This document shows, one piece after another, positions 38,974 through 48,323 of a stretch of DNA of 64,000 nucleotides (positions are counted from its first letter, which is position 1; every line of letters starts with the position of its first letter). The stretch spans positions 1,536,001 to 1,600,000 of the forward strand of contig CAVZVA010000010.1 in the NCBI GenBank assembly GCA_963778655.1. The letters are read 5' to 3'. The DNA comes from an uncultured delta proteobacterium. Its GTDB lineage: Bacteria; Myxococcota_A; Polyangia; Polyangiales; JAFGIB01. The notes under the pieces are model-generated. The model did no database searches, had not been told where the DNA came from, and was given only the letters and a program-made list of their open reading frames with translations. The position numbers and the translations under genes were made by a program.

Positions 38974-39900
38974 GTGGAGCAGACGACCGGGTCCAAGGCG
39001 ATCGTGTTGAGCGGCGGCGGCGCGGTGGGCATCGCCTGGCAGACGGGCCTGGTGGCCGGGCTGGCCGAGCGCGGCGTGGACCTCGCGAGCGCCGAGCTGG
39101 TCGTGGGCACCTCCGCGGGCGCCGCGGTCGGCGCCCAGATCGCGCTGGGTTGCGACATGCGCGCCGCGTTGGAGCGCTTCGCCGCGCTCAAGCCCAGCGG
39201 CGCGGATGCGCCTGCGGGCGGCGACCCCGCTGCGAGGCCGAGCTCCCAGGGCCGGCTGCAGAAGCTGTTCGCGATCATGGCCGAGGTGGCGGCAAAGGGG
39301 GGCGATGCCGCGCAGTCGCGCGCGGCCCTCGGCCGCTTCGCGCTCGAAGCCGAAACCATCGACGAGGCCAGCTTCATGAAGAGCTTCTCGTATCTGGCGA
39401 ATGAGCGCTGGCCGCGCCGGTTCGCGTGCACCGCGGTCGACGCGGAGTCGGGCGATTTCATGGTCTGGCGCGAGTCCTCGGGTGTCGATCTCTGGGCGGC
39501 GGTCAGCTCGAGCTGCGCGGTGCCGGGGTTGTTTCCGCCGATCACGATCGCCGGGCGCCGCTACATGGACGGCGGCATGCGCTCGGGCACCAACGCCGAT
39601 CTGGCCAAGGGCCACCAGCGGGTGTTGATCCTCAGCTTGATGGCCGCCGCCGGCACGGGCGAAAGCAGCGGAGACGCTGAGCTCGATCCCCGGCGGCTGC
39701 GGATGCGGCGCAACGCCGAGCGCGAGCTGGCGACGCTGCGCGAAGCCGGCGGTCGCGTCGAGGTCGTGGGTCCCGATGCGGAAGCCGCGGCGATCATGGG
39801 CATGGATCTGATGAACCATCGGCTCGCGTACGACGCTGCCCAGGCGGGCTTGCGGCAGGGCCGCGCCGCAGCGCCGCGCTTGGGCGTGTTCTGGGGTTGA
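38974..39900 (+). CDS. Patatin-like phospholipase
   Basis: LSGGGAVG, GTSAG, YMDGG. Confidence 0.93.
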   Translation: MEQTTGSKAIVLSGGGAVGIAWQTGLVAGLAERGVDLASAELVVGTSAGAAVGAQIALGCDMRAALERFAALKPSGADAPAGGDPAARPSSQGRLQKLFAIMAEVAAKGGDAAQSRAALGRFALEAETIDEASFMKSFSYLANERWPRRFACTAVDAESGDFMVWRESSGVDLWAAVSSSCAVPGLFPPITIAGRRYMDGGMRSGTNADLAKGHQRVLILSLMAAAGTGESSGDAELDPRRLRMRRNAERELATLREAGGRVEVVGPDAEAAAIMGMDLMNHRLAYDAAQAGLRQGRAAAPRLGVFWG

Positions 39901-40051
39901 GGCCGCGCGAGCCTGCGTCGTGCACTGCGGCGCGATCGGCGCGCAGCGCCCCGGCGCGCGAGCCGGCGTGGCGGGCGCCCACGCGCGCAGCCGTAGCGGT
40001 CCGCGGCGGGGTACCGTACCCTGAGGCCCGGCGGGTCAGGAAGGTAGGGGC

Positions 40052-41218
40052 ATGCGGGGTCGGGTTTGCGCGCGGTGGCCGATGCTGGTTTTGTGTCTCG
40101 GGCTCGGCGCGGGCTGCTCGAGCAAGCGCGCGGGGGCTGGCGGGGGTGGCACGCAGGCGCCGGGCACGGCCGCCTCGGGGGGCTCGACCGCGGCGGGAGC
40201 AGGCGCAGGCGGGCTGGCGGGCAGCGGCAGCGGCGGCAGCGCGAGCGGCGGTAGCGGCGGCGGCGGCGGCACGGCCGCCAGCGCCGGCGCGGGCGGCGCG
40301 GGGGCGGACGCGGGCAGCGCCGGTCCGCCGGCCAGCGGCAAGCCGGGCGAGATCGGGGGCTGCGCGATCTTCAGCGCGGACGACGCCTGGAACCAAGACA
40401 TCTCTGCCGAGCCGGTGGACGCCAGCTGGACCTCGCGCCTGCAGGCGCTGGTCGGCGACATCAAGCTGCACCCGGACTACGGCAACTCCGGCAGCGAGCA
40501 CTACGGCCTGCCCATCAACGTGGTGCCGCAAGCCCAGCCGCTGGTCGCGGTGCGCTTCGACGACTACCCCGACGAGAGCGACCCCGGGCCTTATCCCTTT
40601 CCCGAGCCCGGCAGCGCGCGCATCGAGGGCGGCACGCCGAGCGCGTGCGACGGCGATTGCCACTTCCTGGTGGTGCAGAGCGGCGCTTGCATGCTCTACG
40701 AGGGCTATGCCTGCGCCTACGCGGGCGGCTGGCACTGCGCCAACGGCGCGAAGTGGGACCTGAGCAAGAACAGCTACGGCCAGCGCATGAAGGGCTGGAC
40801 CTCGGCCGACGCGGCCGGGCTCGCGATCACGCCCGGGCTGGTGCGCTACGGCGAGGTGCAGGCGGGCGAGATCACGCACGCGATTCGCTTCACGCTGCAC
40901 TGCACGCGCGCCAACTTCGTCGCCCCGGCCACGCACCAGGCGGTGCCGTCGCACTGCGACCCGAACGACCCCAACGCTCCGCCGATGGGCCTGCGCGTGC
41001 GCCTGCGCGCCGACTACGATTTGTCGAGCCTATCGCCGAGCGCGCAGGTAGTGGCGCGCGCGATGCAGCGCTACGGGCTGCTGCTCGCCGACAACGGCAG
41101 CGACTTCTATTTCCAGGGCGAGGACAACCCCGGCTGGACCGACACCGACGTCGAGCCGCTCAAGACCCTGCCGGCCTCGGCCTTCGAGGCGATCGTGCCG
41201 CCCGCGCTGGAGCCCTGA
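40052..41218 (+). CDS. Conserved hypothetical lipoprotein (Gly linker + uncharacterised domain)
   Basis: Lipobox GAGC; FSADDAWN, GDCH, TSADAAGLAITPGLVR, HAIRFT, PMGLRVRL; TGATG coupling to kup. Confidence 0.75.
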   Translation: MRGRVCARWPMLVLCLGLGAGCSSKRAGAGGGGTQAPGTAASGGSTAAGAGAGGLAGSGSGGSASGGSGGGGGTAASAGAGGAGADAGSAGPPASGKPGEIGGCAIFSADDAWNQDISAEPVDASWTSRLQALVGDIKLHPDYGNSGSEHYGLPINVVPQAQPLVAVRFDDYPDESDPGPYPFPEPGSARIEGGTPSACDGDCHFLVVQSGACMLYEGYACAYAGGWHCANGAKWDLSKNSYGQRMKGWTSADAAGLAITPGLVRYGEVQAGEITHAIRFTLHCTRANFVAPATHQAVPSHCDPNDPNAPPMGLRVRLRADYDLSSLSPSAQVVARAMQRYGLLLADNGSDFYFQGEDNPGWTDTDVEPLKTLPASAFEAIVPPALEP

Positions 41219-43128
41219 TGCGGGGTGACGAAGCGACCGCCGTCTCCACGCGCCGCCGCCCCGAGCCGGGCGCGGCACGCTGGTCGCTGATGCTCGCCGC
41301 CATCGGCGTGGTCTACGGCGACATCGGCACCAGCCCGCTGTACGCCGTCAAGGAGTGCTTCAGCCCGCACAGCACGCACCACGTGCCGGTGACCGTGGAG
41401 AACGTGCTGGGGATCCTCTCGCTGGTGTTCTGGGCGCTGCTGATGGTGGTGAGCGTCAAGTACCTGGTGTTCGTGCTGCGCGCCGACAACGACGGGCAGG
41501 GCGGAATCCTCGCGTTGCTGGCGCTGGTGCCGCGCCGGACCGGGAACGGCGGGGCGGGTTGGCTCGCCTTGCTGGTGTTGTTCGGCGCCGCGCTGCTGAC
41601 CGGCGAGGGGGTGATCACGCCGGCCATCTCCGTGCTCTCCGCGGTCGAGGGGCTCGGGGTCGCGACCAACAAGCTCGAGGTCTTCGTGGTGCCGATCACC
41701 TGCGGCGTGCTGATCGCGCTGTTTGCGGTGCAGCGCAAGGGGACGGGCGGCATTGGCAAGGTGTTCGGACCGATTACCGTCACCTGGTTCGTCACCATCG
41801 CGGTGCTCGGGGTGCGCGAGCTGGTGACCGATCCGGCGGTGCTCGCAGCCGCCGATCCGCGTCACGCCGTGCGCTTTCTGCAGCACCACCGCGGGCACGG
41901 CTTCCTGTTGCTCGGCGGGGTAGTGCTGGCGATCACCGGGGTCGAGGCGCTCTACGCCGACATGGGCCACTTCGGCCGCGGCCCGATCCGCGTGACCTGG
42001 TTCTCGGTGGTCTGGCCCGCGCTGCTGCTCAACTACTTCGGTCAGGGCGCGCTGCTGCTGGCCCGACCGGCGAGCGCGACCAATCCCTTCTACGGGCTTG
42101 TTCCCGAGGTCGCGCTCTATCCGGTGGTGACGATTGCCACCGCGGCCACGGTGGTCGCGTCGCAGGCGCTGATCTCGGGCTTGTTTTCGCTGATCCAACA
42201 GGCCGTGCAGCTCGGGTTCTTTCCGCGCGTGACGGTGATCCACACCTCGCAGCAGACCGAGGGCCAGATCTACATCCCCGAGGTGAACTGGGGGCTGTGC
42301 ATCGCGTGCATCGGCCTGGTGCTGGCTTTTCGTTCCTCCGGCGCGCTGGCGGCCGCATACGGCATCGCGGTCACCGGTACCATGTCGATCACCTCGATCG
42401 TCTACTTCGTGGTCGCCACCCGGACCTGGCAGTGGCCGTGGTGGAAGGCGGGGCCGCTGGTGGCGACATTCCTGGCCATCGATCTGTCCTTCTTCACCGC
42501 CAACGCGGCCAAGTTCTTCCAGGGGGGGTGGTTTCCGATCGTGCTCGGGGTCGCCCTGTTCACCGTGATGACGACCTGGAACGCGGGACGCCGCACACTC
42601 GCCCAGGTCTTCAAGGATTCGACGCTGCCGCTGGAGTCGTTCCTCGATGACCTGGCCGAGCACGAGCCCCACCGGGTGCGCGGCACGGCGGTGTTCATGT
42701 CGTCGAGCCCGACCGGCACGCCACCGGTGCTGCTCCACCATCTCAAGCACAACCAGGTGCTGCACGAGCAAGTGGTGCTGCTCTCGGTGCTGGCCCTGCA
42801 CGTGCCCGAGGTGCCGACCGACGGGCGTGTCGAGGTGACCAGCCTGGGGCTGGGCGTGTACCAGGTGATCGCGCGTTATGGATTCATGCAGCAGCCCAAC
42901 GTGCCGCAGGTTCTGGCGCTGTGCGCGCGCAAGGGGCTGATCACCGATCCGGCGCGCACCAGCTATTACCTCGGCCGCGAGACCCTGCTGCCTACCGGCC
43001 GTTCGAAGATGTGGCGCTGGCGCAAGAGCCTGTTCGCGTACATAGCGCGCAACTCACGCCCCGCCACCGCGTACTTCGGGCTGCCGCCGAACCGCGTGGT
43101 GGAGCTCGGCATGCAGCTCGACATCTAG
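41218..43128 (+). CDS. kup: Potassium uptake protein Kup
   Basis: GVVYGDIGTSPLY, ADNDGQGG, ITGVEALYADMGHFG, GQIYIPEVNW, AAAYGIAV, YGFM, VVELG. Confidence 0.97.
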   Translation: MRGDEATAVSTRRRPEPGAARWSLMLAAIGVVYGDIGTSPLYAVKECFSPHSTHHVPVTVENVLGILSLVFWALLMVVSVKYLVFVLRADNDGQGGILALLALVPRRTGNGGAGWLALLVLFGAALLTGEGVITPAISVLSAVEGLGVATNKLEVFVVPITCGVLIALFAVQRKGTGGIGKVFGPITVTWFVTIAVLGVRELVTDPAVLAAADPRHAVRFLQHHRGHGFLLLGGVVLAITGVEALYADMGHFGRGPIRVTWFSVVWPALLLNYFGQGALLLARPASATNPFYGLVPEVALYPVVTIATAATVVASQALISGLFSLIQQAVQLGFFPRVTVIHTSQQTEGQIYIPEVNWGLCIACIGLVLAFRSSGALAAAYGIAVTGTMSITSIVYFVVATRTWQWPWWKAGPLVATFLAIDLSFFTANAAKFFQGGWFPIVLGVALFTVMTTWNAGRRTLAQVFKDSTLPLESFLDDLAEHEPHRVRGTAVFMSSSPTGTPPVLLHHLKHNQVLHEQVVLLSVLALHVPEVPTDGRVEVTSLGLGVYQVIARYGFMQQPNVPQVLALCARKGLITDPARTSYYLGRETLLPTGRSKMWRWRKSLFAYIARNSRPATAYFGLPPNRVVELGMQLDI

Positions 43129-43235
43129 CGAGGCTGCGCCTCAGACCCACGAGACATGCAGGTGAGCCCCGCGGCGAGACCGGGCCTCGCCAGCTTTCTG
43201 TGACCGGGAGGGGCACGCGCCCCTGCCGCCGCACC

Positions 43236-43281
43236 GGCAAAGCCGTTGGGGCCTCACCCTCCCGCGAGGTCGTTGCGCTCC
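43236..43281 (+). repeat. Dispersed REP-like element, copy A
   Basis: ggcaaagcc-gttggggcctcaccctcccgcg-aggtcgttgcgctcc is similar to the reverse complement of 47451-47497. Confidence 0.65.
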
Positions 43282-43345
43282 GCTCTCGCAAACTTGACTC
43301 AACTGTCCAGATCAGCCGGCCTCAAGGACTCTAACCGGAGCGGTA

Positions 43346-43360
43346 TGGCGCGAGAGCTGC
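43346..43360 (+). promoter_or_regulatory. Candidate sigma-54 (-24/-12) promoter
   Basis: TGGCGC-GAGAG-CTGC has correct GG-N10-GC spacing, about 170 bp upstream of ATG 43529 in a lower-GC intergenic region. Confidence 0.3.
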
Positions 43361-43528
43361 GCAGCTGCATGCGCGCCCAAGGTGCCGGCGTTGTAGCCAA
43401 ATCGCTCAATGCGAAGCCCTCCAGCTCAATCGTTCCATACCGCCAAATCAGGTCAGTTGCGCATGGTAAGAGGCCCGCGAGCATGCGGGTGTCTTCCGCT
43501 GCTGGTTGGGCCATCCAGGAGAGCATCC

Positions 43529-44993
43529 ATGAGGGGTATTGGGCTTACCTTAATCGCAGCTGCTTGCGTGTCGCTGGCCGCATGCTCGAAAGCCAATAAC
43601 AACGGTCAGGGCAGCATGACCTCGCAGCTGCCGGGCAACGGCGTGGGCGCGACCGGCGGGATGAGCGGCGCGCTCCCCGGGGTCGGGGGCTCGAACGTCC
43701 TGCCGGGAAGCGGGGGCGGGGGCGGGGGCGGAAGCGCGGTCATGCCGGCCGGCAGCGGCGGCACCGGCGGCGGCACCGGAGGTGGCAGCGCGGTCGCGGG
43801 AGCTGGGGGCGCGGCGGTCAGCCCGGGAACGGGCGGCACCGGCGGCACGGCGGCGGGCACTGGGGGTGAAGGCACCGCCGGCAGCAGCGGAGGCGGGATG
43901 CCGCCGCCCGACGTGATGGGCTGCGGCGACACCAAGCTCTATCAGGTGCCCGATGACCCGGGTGCGCCGGGTCCGTGGCCGGTGGGCGTCAAGACACTAC
44001 AGGTCGCGATCGCGGGCGGCAGCATCCCGGTGGAGGTCTGGTACCCGGCACCCTTCGGTAGCGGTGCGGGACAGACACGCGAGGTCTACGACCCTTCGAG
44101 CTGGATTGGCTCGGCCAGCGAACGCATGAAGATCCCCGAGGCCGACAAGACGCCGGAGTCGTGCGACTGCTATCGCGACCTGCCGGTCGATACTACGCAC
44201 GGGCCGTATCCGGCGGTGATCTTCATCCACGGCACGGGCTCGTTCCGTGTGGCCTCGCTGAGCACGATGACGCAGTGGGCGAGCCGCGGATTCGTGGTCG
44301 CGGCCGCGGACCATCCGGGCATGTTCCTGACCGACTATCTCGCCGACGGAGTGATCTCGCCAGGGCACCGGCATCAACCAGGACGTGAGCCGCGACGTGG
44401 ACGCGATGCTGGCCGCGATGACGGCGAAGAGCGACGGCTTCGACTTCCTGGGCGACTCGCTCGACATGACCCGCATCGGCATGAGCGGGCATAGCCAGGG
44501 CGCCTCGTACGCGGCCGCGTTCGGCGCCAAGGGCAACGTGCAGGTCGACATGCCGTTCGCCGACTTTGGCGGGACGGTGGTCGGCGGCTCCATGATCAAG
44601 TCCTCGTTGTTCGTATCCGGCCTGTCGGACAGCGTCGTGGGGTACTCGTCCGACCAGACCGCGTATGCCGCCTCGCCCATGGTCAGGCGCCTGGTGGGTC
44701 TGACCGGCGGCGATCATCTCAACGTGACCGACATGTGCTGGGTCACCAATTCCAAGGGCGAGACCGGTATCCAGGTCGCGAACGACTATGGGCTGTGCGG
44801 CGGCGTGACGCTGGGCTTGCTCAACGTGCTGGCCAAGTGCGGGACGATCGATGCCAAGCGCGGCGTCGCGGCCGTCAACTACGTGACCACGGCCGCGCTC
44901 GAGGAGACGCTGCACTGCCAGGATCGCAGCGCGGCGTTCGACATGCTGCAGACCAAGTACCCCGAGGTCGGCGACTTCCAGCACCAGCCGTAG
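43529..44993 (+). pseudogene. Alpha/beta hydrolase lipoprotein (PAF-AH/chlorophyllase-like) split by a frameshift near 44360
   Basis: Lipobox SLAAC, EVWYPA, FIHG, WASRGFVVAAADH in one frame; QDVSRDVDAM..., GHSQG nucleophile, Asp and GGDH in the next frame. Confidence 0.8.
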
Positions 44994-45132
44994 GGGCGGC
45001 ACGCCCATCGGCGCTACAGCTGGACCGCGGCCGCAGTGGTCAACCCCTGCGGCCGCTGCCCCGGCGGCAGCAGCGCGTTCGTCGGCATGCTCGGCTGCAC
45101 GAAGGGCACGAGCAGCGCCTGGCCGGTGAGCC

Positions 45133-46899
45133 TCACGGCTGCGGCGCGGCCTCCAGCATGCGCTGCAGCGCTTGGACCTCGGGATGGCCCGGGGCGTGGG
45201 CGCGCAGCCAGCTCGCCTGGGCCTGCGCTTCGGGCATGCGTCCGGCGCGCGCCAGGGCGAGCGCCAGGCGCACGCGCGCCGCGATCCGCTGCGGCTCCAG
45301 GCGCACGCACTGCGCGAGCTCGGCCGCGGCTTGCGCGAAGTGCCCCGCTACACCTAGGCCCAGGCCGTAGTCGTAGTGCGCCTGCGCGTCGCCTGGACGC
45401 AGCTCTGCGCTGCGCCGCATGTGTGCCAGGGCCTCGGCCTGCCGGCCCTGCGCCAGCAGCAGCCCGCCCAGGTTGGCGTGGGCTTCGGCGTAGTCCGGGT
45501 CGCGCGCGAGCGCTGCGCGCAGCTCGGCGACCGCGCCTGGCACATCGCCTTCGGCGGCCAGCGCTTTGGCCAGGTTGTAGTGCGCGCGGGGGTTCTGGGG
45601 GCGCGCTTGCGCCGCGCTCTGCCAGGCCGCGCGCAAGCTCGCGAAGTCGGACGCGTGCGCCCGCGCGCGCGCCCCGAGCGCGCCGGCCGCCAGCAGCGCG
45701 CAGCCGCCCAGCAGCCAGGGCGCGGCGCCCGCGGGCGGAGCCCGTCTGGCTTGGAGCCAGGCCAGCAGCGCCTCGGCCAGCAGCACGCAGCAGGCGAGCA
45801 GCGCCAGCAGCGGCAAGTAGAAGCGCCGGTCGGCGCCGACCTCGGTGTGGATGCTGAACAGGCTCGAGCTCGGCGCCAGCACGCCGAAGATGAACGCGCC
45901 CGGAAAACCGAGCCTGGGATGGGTGACGCACAGCAGCGCGCAAGCCGCGACCAGCAGCCCGGTACCCAACAGGTAGGGCCACGCCGCGGCTGCGCTCTGC
46001 GGCAGCAGCGGGCCGTAGTCGAGCACCGGATGCGCCGGCCACAGCGCCACCGCGAAGTAGTGCGGAATGATCTGCGCCTGCGCGATCAGGTAGTCGGCCT
46101 CGGCGAAGCGCACCGATCCGGGGCGCGGGTCGCCGCGCTGCAGCCACGCGATCGGGATCAGGCAGGCGAGCAGGGTGGCGTGCAGCGGCAGCCGCGCGCG
46201 CAGCGCACCGCGCAGCGAGCCGGCGAAGAACGCGCGGTCGAAGAGCAGCGCGATCACCGGCGCGGTTGCGAACACCTCTTTGGAGCCGGCGCCGAGCAGC
46301 CCCAGCGCGGCCAGCGGCAACACGTAGCGGGCGGCGCGCGCGTTTGCGGCGGCTCGCGCCAGCAAGAGCAGCACTCCGAGATAGGCCAGCGCGGCGAGCG
46401 ACTCGGTGCGCTGGCTGGTGTAGAGCACCTCCTCGACGCACAGCGGATGCACGACGAACAGCAGCGCCGAGGCCAGGGCCAACGCGCCCGCGCGCGCGCG
46501 CACCCGCGGCGAGAACGCCGCCGACCCCAGCAGCTCGCGCAGCAGCAGGAACCCGAGCAGCGCGACCGCGAAGTGCAACAGCAGGTTGGTGGCGTGGTAG
46601 GCGACCGGCTCGAGCCCGAACCACGCGTAGTCCAAGGCCAAGCTCAGGTTGGCCAGCGGCCGCCCGGCCATCGGCGTGTCGCGCTCGGGTTGCAACGCGC
46701 GCGCCAGCCCCGGCCCGCGGATGGTGGCGTTGTCGACCACCGATTGCTGGTCGTCGAACAGGAAGGGACCGCTCAGACGGTCCGCGTAGAGCAGCGCGCA
46801 GGCTGCAGCAAGCACCAGCGCCGCCGCTCCGGTGATCGGCCCGCGCCTCACGCGTCTGCCAGATCGGGCGCCAGCGGCCGCATTCGTCCCACGTACCAA
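45133..46899 (-). CDS. TMTC-like GT-C glycosyltransferase with C-terminal TPR repeats (start uncertain)
   Basis: FLFDD, RPL..SLALDY, YHATNLLLH, HPLCVEEV, SKE, ADRRFYLP; TPRs RAHYNLA, AEAHANLG, AQAHYDYG. Confidence 0.85.
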   Translation of the reverse strand: MVRGTNAAAGARSGRRVRRGPITGAAALVLAAACALLYADRLSGPFLFDDQQSVVDNATIRGPGLARALQPERDTPMAGRPLANLSLALDYAWFGLEPVAYHATNLLLHFAVALLGFLLLRELLGSAAFSPRVRARAGALALASALLFVVHPLCVEEVLYTSQRTESLAALAYLGVLLLLARAAANARAARYVLPLAALGLLGAGSKEVFATAPVIALLFDRAFFAGSLRGALRARLPLHATLLACLIPIAWLQRGDPRPGSVRFAEADYLIAQAQIIPHYFAVALWPAHPVLDYGPLLPQSAAAAWPYLLGTGLLVAACALLCVTHPRLGFPGAFIFGVLAPSSSLFSIHTEVGADRRFYLPLLALLACCVLLAEALLAWLQARRAPPAGAAPWLLGGCALLAAGALGARARAHASDFASLRAAWQSAAQARPQNPRAHYNLAKALAAEGDVPGAVAELRAALARDPDYAEAHANLGGLLLAQGRQAEALAHMRRSAELRPGDAQAHYDYGLGLGVAGHFAQAAAELAQCVRLEPQRIAARVRLALALARAGRMPEAQAQASWLRAHAPGHPEVQALQRMLEAAPQP

Positions 46900-46954
46900 A
46901 AGCCTCGCGAGCTGGCAAGAAGTCGGGCCCGGCGACGCTCGGACGCGATCACGC

Positions 46955-47374
46955 TCAGCGCACGAGCATCACCGCGCAGGGCGCGAGCATCGCAACCTGG
47001 TGGCTGATGGTCCCGACGCCGCCGGCCGGATGCTCGGTGTCGACGTGGTGGGTGGCCATCACGATCAGGTCGCAGCTCTCGCGCTCGGCTTGTTCCACGA
47101 TCTCGCGGGCACGCCGGCCGGTCGCGATGCGGATGTCGACCTCCAGGCCCTTGCCCGACAGGCGCTCGGCCCACCCGAGCAGGGTGACCTGGGCGTTGCG
47201 CGTAAGCTCGCTGTAGAAGTCCTCGAGCTCCTCGCTAGGTACGTCCTCGATCGCTTCGATCACGTGCAGCAGAGTGACGCTGGCGCCGTGCATCTGCGCC
47301 AGCTCGGCCGCGGCATCCAGCGTGGCCCCGTTGTTCTCGGACAGATCGACAGGCAGCAGGATGTGCTCGAACAT
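46955..47374 (-). CDS. Universal stress protein
   Basis: MFEHILLPVDLS...DLIVMATH...GTISHQVAMLAPCAVMLVR. Confidence 0.92.
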   Translation of the reverse strand: MFEHILLPVDLSENNGATLDAAAELAQMHGASVTLLHVIEAIEDVPSEELEDFYSELTRNAQVTLLGWAERLSGKGLEVDIRIATGRRAREIVEQAERESCDLIVMATHHVDTEHPAGGVGTISHQVAMLAPCAVMLVR

Positions 47375-47450
47375 CACCTGTTGGACATAAGCCCCCGGGC
47401 CTCGACCGCAAGCCCAGGGCGGCAGGCTCGCGTGCGCGCGTAGTGACGCG

Positions 47451-47497
47451 GGAGCGAAGCGACCCCCGTGGGAGGGTGGGCCCCGTTGGGCTTTGCC
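47451..47497 (-). repeat. Dispersed REP-like element, copy B
   Basis: Reverse complement is ggcaaagcccaacggggcccaccctcccacgggggtcgcttcgctcc; overlaps the palindrome GTTGGGC-TTT-GCCCAAC. Confidence 0.65.
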
Positions 47498-47542
47498 CAA
47501 CCGGCGGGACGGTCGCGTGACCCTCCCGATAGCAAGCCCCCC

Positions 47543-48319
47543 TCACCGCCGTTCGAAGCGCGGAGGCCTGCGTTCGGCCATCGCCCGCGTGCCCTCGCGG
47601 AAGTCCGCGCTCGCCTGTAGTCGTTCCTGCTCGGCGCGCTCGCGCGCGGTCGCGGCGCGGACGCGCGCGGCCAGGTCGCCTCGCAGGGTCGCGCGGATCG
47701 CCTCGATCGCGAGCGGCGCCGAGCCCGCGATCTCGCGCGCGAAGGCGTAGGCCTCGTCACGCAGGCGTTCGAGCGGCGCGAGGCGATCGCACAGCCCGAG
47801 CTGCAGCGCGTCCTCGCCGGGTACGCGCGCGCCGGTGTAGAGCAGCTCGAGCGCGCGCTGCTGGCCGACCACCCTGGGCAGCGTCACCGTCAGCCCGAAG
47901 CCGTGGTGCAGCCCCAAGCGAGCGAAATTGGCGCTGAAGCGCGCCTCGGGCGCGGCGATGCGCAGGTCCGCGGCCAGTGCCAGCCCCAGCCCGCCGCCCA
48001 CCGCGGCGCCTTGGACCGCGGCCAGGATCGGCTTGTTGGTGCTGAACACGCGCAGCGCCTCGTCGTAGAGGTGGCGGCCGTCCTGCGCCTGCAGCGGCAG
48101 GCCCCGAAAGTCCGCGCCGGCGCAGAAGTGCTTGCCCTGCGAGCACAGCAGCACCACGCGGCAGCCCGGCTCGCGATCGAGCGCCTCGAGGGCGTCCGCG
48201 ATCGACGCGATCAAGGCGCGATCGAAGTAGTTGTCGGGCGGCCGCGCGATCTCCAGCGTGGCGACGTGGTCCTGCGCGAGATCGACGTTCACGTCCCCGT
48301 AGCCGCCGAAGCTCGTCAT
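47543..48319 (-). CDS. Enoyl-CoA hydratase/isomerase (crotonase) family
   Basis: FCAGADF, KPILAAVQGAAVGGG, DFREG..A..ERRPPRF. Confidence 0.95.
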   Translation of the reverse strand: MTSFGGYGDVNVDLAQDHVATLEIARPPDNYFDRALIASIADALEALDREPGCRVVLLCSQGKHFCAGADFRGLPLQAQDGRHLYDEALRVFSTNKPILAAVQGAAVGGGLGLALAADLRIAAPEARFSANFARLGLHHGFGLTVTLPRVVGQQRALELLYTGARVPGEDALQLGLCDRLAPLERLRDEAYAFAREIAGSAPLAIEAIRATLRGDLAARVRAATARERAEQERLQASADFREGTRAMAERRPPRFERR

Positions 48320-48323
48320 CGCC

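Noticed and set aside
40645..41217. N-terminal extension of Kup (827-aa ORF)
   Set aside because: Overlaps the upstream lipoprotein in another frame; Kup similarity begins after ATG 41218.
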